Of a DNA stretch of 37,731 nt, positions 1-9,756 are shown one piece after another. Numbering within the stretch: position 1 is the stretch's first letter; each line of letters opens with the position of its first letter. The notes below the pieces were generated by a model. The model searched no databases and was not told where the DNA came from. It worked only from the letters and a program-made list of their open reading frames with translations. This DNA comes from Fidelibacterota bacterium (lineage in GTDB: Bacteria; Fidelibacterota; Marinisomatia; Marinisomatales; Marinisomataceae). A program made the translations under genes and the position numbers. The DNA is taken from contig JABHGE010000020.1 of the NCBI GenBank assembly GCA_018672235.1, forward strand, positions 1 through 37,731, given 5' to 3'.

Positions 1-5
1 AACAT
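1..5 (-). CDS. probable start of secE (runs off window edge; only ATG TT visible)
   Basis: Minus strand reads CAAAAAGGGAAAAGT-ATG-TT right after tRNA-Trp. Identity is inferred only from the conserved tuf-rpmG-trnW-secE order. Confidence 0.3.
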
Positions 6-20
6 ACTTTTCCCTTTTTG

Positions 21-93
21 CAGGTGAGGCAGGAATTGAACCCGCAACCCCCGGTTTTGGAGACCGATGCTCTACCAATTGAGCTACTCACCT
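21..93 (-). tRNA. tRNA-Trp (CCA)
   Basis: Cloverleaf with acceptor AGGTGAG/CTCACCT, anticodon arm TCGGT-CT-CCA-AA-ACCGG, T-loop GTTCAAT. No encoded 3' CCA. Confidence 0.96.
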
Positions 94-104
94 ATTTGCT
101 ATTT

Positions 105-269
105 TTATTTTATTTCTTTAAAAAGAACATGCTTGCGAGCTACAGGATCAAACTTTTTATATTCAAGTTTATCAGGATGCTTACTCTTATTTTTAGTAAC
201 AGTGTAGCGATATCCTGTCCCTGCAGAACTCTCAAGTCTTACAATTGCTCTTTTACTATTGCCAGCCAT
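105..269 (-). CDS. rpmG: 50S ribosomal protein L33, Cys-free (zinc-independent) type, 54 aa; not in ORF track
   Basis: Hand translation [54 protein letters not shown] shows the L33 motifs SSAGTG, KNK, KLExKKFDP, HVLFKE. Lies between tuf and tRNA-Trp. Confidence 0.95.
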   Translation of the reverse strand: MAGNSKRAIVRLESSAGTGYRYTVTKNKSKHPDKLEYKKFDPVARKHVLFKEIK

Positions 270-272
270 CTC

Positions 273-1463
273 TTAGCTTTCAATGGAAGTAACGACTCCC
301 GCCCCTACTGTATGTCCACCTTCTCTGATAGCAAACCTTAGCTCTGTATTCATAGCAATCGGTGTAATTAATTCAACTGACATTTCAACATTATCTCCAG
401 GCATAACCATTTCAGTGCCTTCAGGTAATGTAACTACTCCAGTTACATCTGTAGTTCTAAAGTAGAACTGGGGTCTGTAATTGTTAAAGAATGGAGTATG
501 TCTTCCGCCTTCTTCTTTTTTCAAAACATATACATTTGCTTTGAACTTAGTATGAGGAGTAATTGAGCCTTTAGCGGCTGCAACCATACCTCTTTTTAAT
601 TGATCTTTTTCAATACCTCTCATTAAAAGACCAGCATTATCTCCCGCTTCTCCTTCATTGAGTGTTTTTTGGAACATTTCTACTCCTGTAATAGTAGTAA
701 CCATATCAGAACCCATACCAATAAGCTCAACTTCGTCACCGACTTTGATCTTACCTGATTCAATCCTACCTGTTCCAACTGTTCCTCTACCTGTAATACT
801 AAATACATCTTCAACAGGCATCAAGAACGGCTTATCAAGCGCTCTTTCTGGTTGAGGAATAAATGTGTCACAAGCTTCCATTAAGTCAGTAATACATTTT
901 GTTGCTTCCGCATCAGTAGGGTTTTCAAGAGCTTTTAAAGCACTTCCCTTTATGATCGGAGTGTTATCTCCATCGAATTTGTATTCGCTTAATAGATCTC
1001 TAAGTTCCATTTCTACTAATTCTAAAAGCTCTTCATCGTCTACCTGGTCTACTTTGTTCATAAAAACAACTAGACTTGGAACATTTACTTGACGAGCTAA
1101 AAGAACGTGCTCACGAGTTTGAGGCATAGGACCATCTGCGGCACTAACCACAAGAATACCACCATCCATCTGCGCAGCACCAGTAATCATATTTTTAATA
1201 TAGTCAGCGTGACCAGGACAGTCAACGTGAGCGTAGTGACGATTAGCAGTCTCATACTCAACGTGAGCTGTTTGAATTGTAATACCTCTTTCTTTTTCCT
1301 CAGGTGCATTATCAATAGTATCAAAATCACGTTGTTCAGCTAACCCCAAATTAGCTTGGGTTTGTGTAATAGCTGCTGTCAACGTTGTTTTACCATGATC
1401 AACGTGACCAATAGTACCAATATTACAGTGAGGTTTATCTCTTTTAAATACTTCTTTAGCCAT
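273..1463 (-). CDS. tuf: elongation factor Tu
   Basis: [21 protein letters not shown] and C-terminal [22 protein letters not shown] upstream. Confidence 0.99.
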   Translation of the reverse strand: MAKEVFKRDKPHCNIGTIGHVDHGKTTLTAAITQTQANLGLAEQRDFDTIDNAPEEKERGITIQTAHVEYETANRHYAHVDCPGHADYIKNMITGAAQMDGGILVVSAADGPMPQTREHVLLARQVNVPSLVVFMNKVDQVDDEELLELVEMELRDLLSEYKFDGDNTPIIKGSALKALENPTDAEATKCITDLMEACDTFIPQPERALDKPFLMPVEDVFSITGRGTVGTGRIESGKIKVGDEVELIGMGSDMVTTITGVEMFQKTLNEGEAGDNAGLLMRGIEKDQLKRGMVAAAKGSITPHTKFKANVYVLKKEEGGRHTPFFNNYRPQFYFRTTDVTGVVTLPEGTEMVMPGDNVEMSVELITPIAMNTELRFAIREGGHTVGAGVVTSIES

Positions 1464-1515
1464 TTTTTACTCTCCTTTATTTTATCAAAATACAAATTTT
1501 CAGTTCTTTTTTTTG

Positions 1516-1588
1516 AGCCTACGACCGGATTTGAACCGGTGACCTCTTCGTTACCAACGAAGTGCTCTACCTACTGAGCTACGCAGGC
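1516..1588 (-). tRNA. tRNA-Thr (GGT)
   Basis: Acceptor GCCTGCG/CGTAGGC, anticodon arm CTTCG-TT-GGT-AA-CGAAG, T-loop GTTCAAAT. Confidence 0.96.
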
Positions 1589-1599
1589 AGTAATTCTTG

Positions 1600-1672
1600 A
1601 GCGAGTGACGCGATTCGAACGCGCGACCCTCAGCTTGGAAGGCTGATGCTCTACCAGCTGAGCTACACTCGC
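1600..1672 (-). tRNA. tRNA-Gly (TCC)
   Basis: Acceptor GCGAGTG/CACTCGC, anticodon arm TCAGC-CT-TCC-AA-GCTGA, T-loop TTCGAAT. Confidence 0.96.
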
Positions 1673-1681
1673 AAAAATCTG

Positions 1682-1764
1682 TGGGCAAAGAAGGATTCGA
1701 ACCTCCGTATACTTACGTAGGCAGATTTACAGTCTGCTGCCTTTAACCACTCGGCCATTTGCCC
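1682..1764 (-). tRNA. tRNA-Tyr (GTA)
   Basis: Acceptor GGGCAAA/TTTGCCC, anticodon arm GCAGA-CT-GTA-AA-TCTGC, long variable arm. Confidence 0.96.
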
Positions 1765-1841
1765 GAAATCCTAATACTCAATACTACCTGGATAGTAGGA
1801 CAAAAAATTTTCAAATAACTTACCTTTACCTCAAAAAACTG

Positions 1842-1914
1842 AGCCGGCGAGAGGACTTGAACCCCCGACCTAGTGATTACAAATCACTTGCTCTACCAAC
1901 TGAGCTACACCGGC
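1842..1914 (-). tRNA. tRNA-Thr (TGT)
   Basis: Acceptor GCCGGTG/CGCCGGC, anticodon arm AGTGA-TT-TGT-AA-TCACT. Completes the classic Thr-Tyr-Gly-Thr-tuf cluster. Confidence 0.96.
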
Positions 1915-1953
1915 AATGTTAGTATATACCTATACACGCACGCGTAGGTAAAA

Positions 1954-1988
1954 GCCACGAAATATAAGAAGAATTAGGAGGAAAACAA
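1954..1988 (-). promoter_or_regulatory. putative sigma70 promoter of the tRNA-tuf operon
   Basis: Minus strand TTGTTT-16 nt-TATATT followed by GC-rich TCGTGGC (discriminator-like). A TACCTA/TAGGTA hairpin (1927-1950) lies in the leader. Confidence 0.45.
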
Positions 1989-1989
1989 A

Positions 1990-3369
1990 TTATTTCTTTT
2001 GATTGAGTTTCTGACCATTTTTTGTATCTTCAATGAACCAGCCTAAGTTTTCTATTTTTTGTCTTAGTTTATCTGCTTCATTCCAATCAGATTTATTTCT
2101 CATTTCTTGCCTTAAAGAAGCGAGATTTTGGATATTTTTAGGTATAGATTTTTTATTCAATAAAAATGTATTAATAGTGCTAAAAATTGAATTAAATAAA
2201 TTGATAAATATTTTTGATTCAATTTTTAAATCTTCTGTCATTGATTCATTATCAATATTTTTATTTATCATATTGATAAAATCAAAAAATATACCGAGAG
2301 CTTCTGGTGTGTTTAAATCGTCATTTAATCTATCAATAAAAGCTAAGTGAAAACTACTATATTCTATGCCTTCAATATCAATTGCATCTAAATCGAAATT
2401 ATTTACGAACCTATCAATCTTGTCTATCATTTTGGATGAATCATCTAGTTTTTTATCAGAAAAAGATACTTTTGATCTATAGTGCGATGAAAGCAAGAAC
2501 AGTCTTAATGTTTCAGCTGAATATTTTTTTAGCAAATCAGATATACTTAAGGTATTACCTAAAGATTTGCTCATCTTTTCACTGTCAAAAATTAAATGTT
2601 CTGCATGGAGCCAGTAATTTGCAAATTGGTTTTCTAGTAAGGCTTCTACTTGAGCAGATTCATTTTCATGATGAGGAAATTTTAGGTCTATTCCACCGCA
2701 ATGAATGTCAATAGATTTACCTAATAATTGTGTTCCTAAAACAGCGCATTCTGTATGCCATGCAGGTCTACCATTTCCCCAATCTGATACCCATGTAATC
2801 TCACCATCAGAATCTTTCCATGCCTTCCATAATGCAAAGTCGTTAGGATGTTTTTTTCCTAATTCGTTATCTTCTCTAGATAAGCTATCATCATCAATAC
2901 TTACAAACTTTCCATATCTACTATACTTTTTTGTATCAAAGAAAATATTTCCATCTACATTGTAAGCGAAACCTTTATCTATAAGAGATTTAATAAAATG
3001 AATCATCTCTGATATATATTCTGAAGCTCTAGGATTGAAAGTAGAAGGTAAAATATTAAGACAATCTGACTGCTGTAAAAAAATATGTTCATATTTTTTT
3101 GTGAGATCATTAAATGAGATATCTTCATTGTTAACCCTATCAATGATTTTATCATCTATATCTGTGATATTTATAACATTCTTTACAGTATATCCATTTT
3201 GTAAAAGTACCCTGTTAAGTAAGTCATAAAATACAAATGTTCTAAAATTTCCTATATGAGGAGAATTATAAACTGTTGGACCGCAACCATATACCAACAC
3301 TTCGTTATTTGATATAGGCTCAAATTTTTCTTTCTTCGAACTAACTGAATTGTAAAATTGTAATTTCAT
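1990..3369 (-). CDS. cysS: cysteinyl-tRNA synthetase
   Basis: YGCGPTVY, HIGN, GRPAWHTEC, DIHCGGIDLKFPHHENE, KMSKS. Confidence 0.98.
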   Translation of the reverse strand: MKLQFYNSVSSKKEKFEPISNNEVLVYGCGPTVYNSPHIGNFRTFVFYDLLNRVLLQNGYTVKNVINITDIDDKIIDRVNNEDISFNDLTKKYEHIFLQQSDCLNILPSTFNPRASEYISEMIHFIKSLIDKGFAYNVDGNIFFDTKKYSRYGKFVSIDDDSLSREDNELGKKHPNDFALWKAWKDSDGEITWVSDWGNGRPAWHTECAVLGTQLLGKSIDIHCGGIDLKFPHHENESAQVEALLENQFANYWLHAEHLIFDSEKMSKSLGNTLSISDLLKKYSAETLRLFLLSSHYRSKVSFSDKKLDDSSKMIDKIDRFVNNFDLDAIDIEGIEYSSFHLAFIDRLNDDLNTPEALGIFFDFINMINKNIDNESMTEDLKIESKIFINLFNSIFSTINTFLLNKKSIPKNIQNLASLRQEMRNKSDWNEADKLRQKIENLGWFIEDTKNGQKLNQKK

Positions 3370-4265
3370 TTTTCTAGAGACAATTTAATAATTTTATCAA
3401 TTAAATCTTCAAAAGATAATCCAATAGACTTTGCTGCCATTGGAAACAAGCTTGTTTCAGTCATTCCTGGAAGAGTATTTATCTCTAGGAACCAAAATTT
3501 ATTATTTGTATCTAATCGAAAATCAACTCTCGAATACACCTTACAATCTAGCAAATTATGAACTTTTAGCGCAGTATCTTGAATTGCTTTTAACGTGGAT
3601 TCATGAAGTTTAGCTGGACATATATAGTCAGTTTCACCTTTAGTATATTTAGACTTATAATCATAGACATTTGAATGAGGTTTAATTTCAATCACTGGCA
3701 ATACTTTATCTCCTAAAACAGAGACAGTAATTTCGTTACCTTCAATGTATTCTTCTACTAAGGCATGACTGTCATAATTGAGAGCAAAATCTAATGCAGA
3801 TACAATTTTATCCTGGTTATCTACAATAGAAAAACCAACAGAGCTACCTTGTTTATTTGGCTTAATAACAGATTTTTTAAAATTATAATTATTCGTATTA
3901 AAAATTTTTCTATCCACAAGAATGGAGGGTGGTGTTAGAATATTATTGTTTTTAACAATTGATTTAGTAAAGCTCTTGTCAAAACAATTTTTAGAAGAAT
4001 TTGATTTAGATCCATTATAGGTTATATCATTTTGATCTAAGATTGTTTGAATAGAACCATCCTCTCCAAATATTCCATGTAATGCTAAAAATATAAAGTC
4101 TAACTTTTTAAGATCTAGAAGAATATTATCAATACTATTATTTGATATATGAAATATCGTTACTTCATGACCTATTGCTTGACAAGCATTAGATATAGCT
4201 TTTCCAGATTTTACAGAAACCTCACTTTCTTCAGAGTTGCCTCCATATATAATTCCTATATTGAT
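3366..4265 (-). CDS. ddl: D-alanine--D-alanine ligase, 299 aa (ORF track shows only the C-terminal 183 aa; probable non-canonical start)
   Basis: Frame is open from 4265: (I/M)NIGIIYGGNSEESEVSVKSG...LALHGIFGEDGSIQ...KPNKQGSSVG...YDYKSKY...LEINTLPGMTETSLFP. SD AAGGAG 5 nt before an ATC codon. Confidence 0.93.
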   Translation of the reverse strand: MNIGIIYGGNSEESEVSVKSGKAISNACQAIGHEVTIFHISNNSIDNILLDLKKLDFIFLALHGIFGEDGSIQTILDQNDITYNGSKSNSSKNCFDKSFTKSIVKNNNILTPPSILVDRKIFNTNNYNFKKSVIKPNKQGSSVGFSIVDNQDKIVSALDFALNYDSHALVEEYIEGNEITVSVLGDKVLPVIEIKPHSNVYDYKSKYTKGETDYICPAKLHESTLKAIQDTALKVHNLLDCKVYSRVDFRLDTNNKFWFLEINTLPGMTETSLFPMAAKSIGLSFEDLIDKIIKLSLEK

Positions 4266-4807
4266 ACTATCTCCTTTGATGCATGCAATAAATCTTTTGC
4301 TATAAAATTAGGATTACACTTCTCTTGTACTTCGCTTAGATACTCTTTTCCAAAACCTGTAAGTAGAAAAATAGTTTTCATATCCAATCTCTCACCTACC
4401 TGCATATCTACAATAGAGTCCCCAATCATTAAACTTTTTGATAGATCAATATTAAAATCTTCTTTTGCTTTTACAAACATCCCTACGCCAGGCTTTCTCA
4501 TAGAATCATAACCTTCTTCATAGTTATCAGAAAAATATATTTTCTTTAAAGGTAGATTTCTTTTTTTGAATTCTTTATAAATGAAGCTATTTATTTCTTC
4601 TAAATTCTCTATATCAATTTTACCGGAAGCTAGACCTGACTGATTGGTAACAATGACAAATTTATCAGTGTATTTGCTTAATGCTTCCAATGCTTCAAAT
4701 GCATAATCAAAAAAATTATATTCAGAAAGACTGTTTATATATCCATGAGGATCATGACTAATTGTTCCATCTCTATCTAAAAATATTGCATCAAACATTT
4801 TACCCAT
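4256..4807 (-). CDS. gmhB: HAD-family D,D-heptose 1,7-bisphosphate phosphatase / HisB-N-like (GmhB family)
   Basis: FLDRDGTI, VTNQSG, RKPGVGM, MIGDS motifs. The Zn-binding CxH...CxC is absent. Confidence 0.8.
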   Translation of the reverse strand: MGKMFDAIFLDRDGTISHDPHGYINSLSEYNFFDYAFEALEALSKYTDKFVIVTNQSGLASGKIDIENLEEINSFIYKEFKKRNLPLKKIYFSDNYEEGYDSMRKPGVGMFVKAKEDFNIDLSKSLMIGDSIVDMQVGERLDMKTIFLLTGFGKEYLSEVQEKCNPNFIAKDLLHASKEIVSI

Positions 4808-5360
4808 TCTCTCTCCAATCTAAAACTTTCCAAGAATCGAAGTTATTTTTGTCAATAGGAGAGCTAAACACTGAAATGCCTTTGATGCGAGATTTAAATA
4901 AAATAATATCATCATCTTTGACCTCTATCGATATAATCTCTTTTGAACTCATATCAAATTCAATGGATGTTAACAGTGCTTCAAATTTATAATCAATTTT
5001 GTATATTCCATACTCAACACTCTTATCGATAATATTATATTTTGATAAATTATTACTATTAAAAATGTCTAAAAAAGTATTATCTACAGTTTCCATAATT
5101 ATCACCTGTTCATTAAAGTCATAAGTTGTAATACTTACACTATCTACAACAGCGATTGTTCCATCTTCGCTTAATGTATCAAAATAAATTTTTTCATTCA
5201 ATATAGAAAGAGTTGCATTGCTATTAATGTCATCTTTCTCAATAGATAATATGAGCATCTTATTGTCAAGATTTTCAATAAATGTGGCTACGTTATCTTC
5301 AATCGTATTCTGTCCAAATGATATGCTTAATAGGAGAATTAAGCTATACGTCTTGATCAT
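4800..5360 (-). CDS. LolA-like periplasmic lipoprotein carrier (divergent)
   Basis: Signal peptide, beta-rich 186 aa, C-terminal VLDWR resembling the FCB-group LolA ending. Directly downstream of ftsK, matching the conserved ftsK-lolA order. Confidence 0.55.
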   Translation of the reverse strand: MIKTYSLILLLSISFGQNTIEDNVATFIENLDNKMLILSIEKDDINSNATLSILNEKIYFDTLSEDGTIAVVDSVSITTYDFNEQVIIMETVDNTFLDIFNSNNLSKYNIIDKSVEYGIYKIDYKFEALLTSIEFDMSSKEIISIEVKDDDIILFKSRIKGISVFSSPIDKNNFDSWKVLDWRENG

Positions 5361-7617
5361 CTTTGATTGTTTCTAAGTAGGATTCATCAACAAGAACTTC
5401 GCGAGCTTTACTTCCAGTAAAAGATCCTACAATTTTTAGTCTTTCCATCTCATCTATCAATCTAGCTGCTCTCGAATAACCTACAGCTAATCTTCTTTGT
5501 AATAGTGATATAGATCCTTGCTTGCTCATTACTACGATTTCAATTGCCTGTTCAAGGAGTTCATCTTCGATACCTCCTTCACCGCCACCTAGAGCACTTA
5601 CATTATCTCTAACTGTTTCAAGTATAATTTCACTTGGCTTTGGTTGTTTAGATATATAACCTACTAAGTCTTCAATCTCTTTCAAGGTAACGAAAGCACC
5701 ATGCATTCTAACAGGAGAAGACGATCCTGGCTTCTGATAAAGCATATCTCCCTTTCCAATTAATTTGTCTGCACCATTCACATCTAAGATTGTTCTAGAA
5801 TCAATTTTTGTAGCTACTTGGAATGCTATTCTAGCAGGAAAATTTGCCTTAATGACCCCCGTAATAACATCAACAGAAGGTCTTTGTGTTGCAATGACTA
5901 AATGGATACCAACAGCCCTTGCTAGTTGGGCTAATCTGGCAATAGGAGCCTCAACATCTCTAGGGCTATACATCATTAAATCAGCTAATTCATCAATCAT
6001 GAGCACAATATATGGCATTAAATCTTTCTTAGCCTTTTTCATCATATCATTATATTCAGCAATATTTCTTTTACCAGAAGCAGCAAGTAGGTCATACCTT
6101 GAATCCATTTCTTTTTCTAGTGATCTTAAAGCAAGGATCGCGTTATCTTTCTTAGTAATAATAGATTCATCAATACCATCAAACTTTAATAGATAATGAT
6201 TTTCAAGGCCTTTATATAAAGACATTTCTACTTTTTTAGGATCAATAATAACAAACTTTACCTCATCCGGTTTTAACTGATAAAGAAGACTGACAATAAT
6301 AGTATTTAGTGATACAGACTTTCCTGAACCTGTCGTTCCAGCGATCAAAAGATGGGGCATTTCTACTAAATCAAGAATAGCAATATCTCCAAGAATTCCT
6401 TTTCCAATAGCTAGTTTTAATTTTGCATTAGATTTCAAATATTTTTCAGAATTAATGACTGATTTCAAATAGATAGTCTGAGGATTATCATTCGGAATTT
6501 CAACTCCAACAAGAGATGTTCCAGGTATAGGAGCTAACACCCTCACTCTATCTGCTTCCATAACTCTTGCAATATCATCTGAAAGTTGGACAAATTTATT
6601 TACTCTCACCCCTTCAGCTGGCTCTATCTCAAATAATGTAATAATTGGACCTGTTTTGATTGAACCTGTCTTTCCCTCTACTCCAAATGTTGAAATAGAA
6701 TTACGTAAAAATTCAGCTCTATCTTTTAGATAGTCTGTACTCAATTCTTCTGATTCATCTGATATAAATTCTAATAGATCGGTCGATGGAAACTTCCAAT
6801 CTTTTTTAATAATAGAGCTTGATCTTTTTTGATCGATATCAACTTCTTTTTCAACAACTTCTTTTTCAATGGATAATTCATCATCTAATTCTATGTCATC
6901 AGTAATTTGCTCTGTTGATTCTTTACCTATATCTATTGGACTATCAACCAAAGTATCTTCCTTTAATTCTTCTTCATCTGTATTTTCTAAAAAAGATTTA
7001 TCATCAATGATTTTTTTAACTTCTTTTTGCAAAGATTCGTCTTCCTTTTTTAGAATTTTTCGCCAATCAATACCACTTAATGACTTCACCTTAGATTGAA
7101 TAAATAAGATAGTAGATTTAAAAAATTCATAGAGATTGAGGTTAAAAAATCCTACAAAAAGTAATGTCCATAAAATTGCTATTAAACTGACAGAACCAAT
7201 CAAGCCAATCCAATCGTGAACTAGGCTTAATACCAAACCACCTAATAGCCCTGATTGCTCATAGCTAATATCAGAAGAAAGTGAATTATAATTTTGAAAT
7301 AAACCTAATGTGATCGAAAGATAAAAAAGGAATCCTATTTGATAACTTATTAATCTTGATAGCATGAAACTAAAATTTGAAATTAAGTAAAATGATACAG
7401 TTAAGCCAATTAATGGAACTATGTAAGCAGCATATCCAAAACCTAGTTTTATAAAATAATATCCAATATACACCCCTATAATATTAAAGGGATTATTAAT
7501 AGAATTTGAAACCAGAGAAGGTTCTTCGGATGCATCATAACCTATCATCGATCCTAAGACTAAGAAAGAACAAAAACTTAGTAACCATCCAATAATTTGT
7601 ATTCGTTTTTTATCCAT
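5344..7617 (-). CDS. ftsK: DNA translocase FtsK
   Basis: N-terminal TM segments, PHLLIAGTTGSGKS, IDELADLM, ATQRPSVDVITG, gamma domain SISLLQRRLAVGYSRAARLID. Confidence 0.98.
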   Translation of the reverse strand: MDKKRIQIIGWLLSFCSFLVLGSMIGYDASEEPSLVSNSINNPFNIIGVYIGYYFIKLGFGYAAYIVPLIGLTVSFYLISNFSFMLSRLISYQIGFLFYLSITLGLFQNYNSLSSDISYEQSGLLGGLVLSLVHDWIGLIGSVSLIAILWTLLFVGFFNLNLYEFFKSTILFIQSKVKSLSGIDWRKILKKEDESLQKEVKKIIDDKSFLENTDEEELKEDTLVDSPIDIGKESTEQITDDIELDDELSIEKEVVEKEVDIDQKRSSSIIKKDWKFPSTDLLEFISDESEELSTDYLKDRAEFLRNSISTFGVEGKTGSIKTGPIITLFEIEPAEGVRVNKFVQLSDDIARVMEADRVRVLAPIPGTSLVGVEIPNDNPQTIYLKSVINSEKYLKSNAKLKLAIGKGILGDIAILDLVEMPHLLIAGTTGSGKSVSLNTIIVSLLYQLKPDEVKFVIIDPKKVEMSLYKGLENHYLLKFDGIDESIITKKDNAILALRSLEKEMDSRYDLLAASGKRNIAEYNDMMKKAKKDLMPYIVLMIDELADLMMYSPRDVEAPIARLAQLARAVGIHLVIATQRPSVDVITGVIKANFPARIAFQVATKIDSRTILDVNGADKLIGKGDMLYQKPGSSSPVRMHGAFVTLKEIEDLVGYISKQPKPSEIILETVRDNVSALGGGEGGIEDELLEQAIEIVVMSKQGSISLLQRRLAVGYSRAARLIDEMERLKIVGSFTGSKAREVLVDESYLETIKDDQDV

Positions 7618-8693
7618 TATTTTAAATATGTTCCATGTTTATAAAAAGGAAGCTTGGCTTTATCCATAGTAAAAGTATTATTACGAATTTTAACATTAAA
7701 AGAATTTAAATCTTTTGCATAAGGCAAGTCTATATAAGCTAGAGCTATGCCAAACTGCAGACTGGGAGACATTGCACCGCTCGTAATAAACCCAATTTCA
7801 TTATCATTATCATCAAAAATTTTATAGTCAGCTCTAGGAATTGCTCTATCTTTTAAAACTAATGGTACTAGTTTTTTTTCTATCGTTATATCACTCAAAA
7901 ATTTAGATCCAATAAATTGTGTATCTATCTTTGTAATCCAAGACAGCCCTGATTCTATTGGGTTGATTAGTTCATTTAACTCATGTCCATATAGACAGTA
8001 TCCCATTTCTAATCTTAAAGAATCTCTACAGCCTAAACCAACAGGCCTTATATGGTCTGACGCATTTAATAACTTGTTCCACAAATCAATGATTTTATCA
8101 TTTGATATATATATTTCAAATCCTAATTCGCCCGAATAACCTGTTCGAGCAACAATAGTACCGTCAGAATCTGGCATTAAAGTTTCATAATATTTTAATG
8201 TATTAATATCAGGATAAAAATTTTGTAATAAATCTCTAGAAAGAGGGCCCTGTATTGCTAACAAACCCATATCTTTTGATATATCTTTTAATAGTACCTC
8301 AGTCAATAAATGTTTTTCAAGCCAATTAAAATTCTTTTCAATGTTAGAAGCGTTTACTACAAGCATATAATGGTCTGATAAATCATATATTAATAAATCG
8401 TCGAGTATTCCACCGCTTTCATTGCAAAGCGCACTATATTGAGCTTTTCCAGGCTTTAAGGCATTAATATCATTAATTGTAACATTCTGTAGGAATTGCT
8501 TAGCATTTTTTCCACTTACAATAAACTCTCCCATATGGCTAACATCAAATAGGCCTACCTTAGATCTAACATGTTTATGTTCATCAATAATGCCAGAATA
8601 CTGCAATGGCATTAAAAATCCTGCAAAAGGAACTAGTTTTGCTCCCAATTTATCATGATAGTCGTATAATGTCGTTTTTAAAGAGTCGCTCAT
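7617..8693 (-). CDS. gcvT: glycine cleavage system aminomethyltransferase T
   Basis: GLFDVSHMGE, VVNASN, LAIQGP, RTGYSGELGFEI, GLGCRDSLRLEMG. Confidence 0.96.
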   Translation of the reverse strand: MSDSLKTTLYDYHDKLGAKLVPFAGFLMPLQYSGIIDEHKHVRSKVGLFDVSHMGEFIVSGKNAKQFLQNVTINDINALKPGKAQYSALCNESGGILDDLLIYDLSDHYMLVVNASNIEKNFNWLEKHLLTEVLLKDISKDMGLLAIQGPLSRDLLQNFYPDINTLKYYETLMPDSDGTIVARTGYSGELGFEIYISNDKIIDLWNKLLNASDHIRPVGLGCRDSLRLEMGYCLYGHELNELINPIESGLSWITKIDTQFIGSKFLSDITIEKKLVPLVLKDRAIPRADYKIFDDNDNEIGFITSGAMSPSLQFGIALAYIDLPYAKDLNSFNVKIRNNTFTMDKAKLPFYKHGTYLK

Positions 8694-9283
8694 CTAATTA
8701 TATTTAATATTCTCTTAATTACATCTTCAATATTACCCTCAAAACTATTTTCTTTAGTTAGTTGCTTAATAGCTTTATCAATTTGGTTCTTTCTATAACC
8801 CAAAGAAGAAAGTGCCGTATAAATATCATCATATGTAAAGTTGATCTTTGAAACATCTAATCCTTCTTTTGTTGCTTTGTCTTTGGTTATTTTTTCTCTT
8901 ATATCAAGAATAATTCTTTGAGCAGTCTTAGGCCCAATTCCTGGAATCAAACTCAGTGACTTTACATCTTCGGCAACAATATTTTCTTTAAAATGAGCGA
9001 CAGAGATATTTGAAAGTAAGTTAATTGCTGTTCTGGGCCCAATACCTGAAACTCCTATTAACTGAACAAATAAACGTCTTCTTTCATATTCTAAAAATCC
9101 ATACAATTCCATCAAATCTTCTCTTACATTCAAGTAAGTTAAGACTGTAATTTCCTGATTTAATCCAGGTAATTGTTCATAATCTTTAAGACAGATAGAT
9201 ATATTAAAAACTAAACCATTCATATGAATAAAAAGATTAGTAGGCTCTTTTCTTTGAATAATACCTGTAATTGAATCAATCAT
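8690..9283 (-). CDS. ruvA: Holliday junction branch migration protein RuvA
   Basis: VREDLMELYGF, LIGVSGIGPRTA, IPGIGPKTAQRI, ALSSLGY. Confidence 0.97.
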   Translation of the reverse strand: MIDSITGIIQRKEPTNLFIHMNGLVFNISICLKDYEQLPGLNQEITVLTYLNVREDLMELYGFLEYERRRLFVQLIGVSGIGPRTAINLLSNISVAHFKENIVAEDVKSLSLIPGIGPKTAQRIILDIREKITKDKATKEGLDVSKINFTYDDIYTALSSLGYRKNQIDKAIKQLTKENSFEGNIEDVIKRILNIIR

Positions 9284-9756
9284 TTTTGCTTCCTATTTGC
9301 TCCACACCAAGCTATAGCAATAGCATCTGAAACATCAGTGCTTTTCAAAGCTTCGTCATTTAATTTAAAAATCTTTTTTACCATAAAAGCAACTTGCTCT
9401 TTTGACGCAGATCCATTTCCTACAATTGATTGCTTAATCTCTCTTGGAGAATAGTCAACCATATCAATATTGTATTTCTCCGCCGATAGCATTATTGATG
9501 CTTTTGCTTGTCCTAATTTTATAGCAGATTGCACGTTTTTACCATAAAATACATTTTCAATGACTACCAAATTAGGACTAAAACTTTCAATTAACTTACT
9601 TGTTTCTGAAAAAATAGTAAATAATCGCGCTGAAAGACTTTTCTTTGTTTTTGGCTTAACTAAACCGCATTCAATTAAAGTAATATTATTTGCCTCTTTT
9701 CTAAGAACTGCATAACCAGTATTGGTGAGTCCTGGATCAAATCCTATTATAATCAT
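9280..9756 (-). CDS. ruvC: crossover junction endodeoxyribonuclease RuvC
   Basis: IGFDPG, ENVFY, KLGQAK, GNGSASKEQV, DVSDAIAIA. Confidence 0.97.
   Translation of the reverse strand: MIIIGFDPGLTNTGYAVLRKEANNITLIECGLVKPKTKKSLSARLFTIFSETSKLIESFSPNLVVIENVFYGKNVQSAIKLGQAKASIMLSAEKYNIDMVDYSPREIKQSIVGNGSASKEQVAFMVKKIFKLNDEALKSTDVSDAIAIAWCGANRKQK

Noticed and set aside
1765..1841. Small hairpin in the tRNA-Thr/tRNA-Tyr spacer as an extra RNA gene
   Set aside because: Only a 6-bp AT-rich stem, with no cloverleaf or known RNA motif.
3366..3917. ddl as a truncated 183-aa pseudogene
   Set aside because: Hand translation shows the frame open with intact motifs up to 4265. Only the start codon is atypical.
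8690..9756. ruvB absent next to ruvC-ruvA; gatB/gatC absent next to gatA; gcvT alone
   Set aside because: These genes are frequently unlinked in FCB-group genomes, so absence from one window is uninformative.
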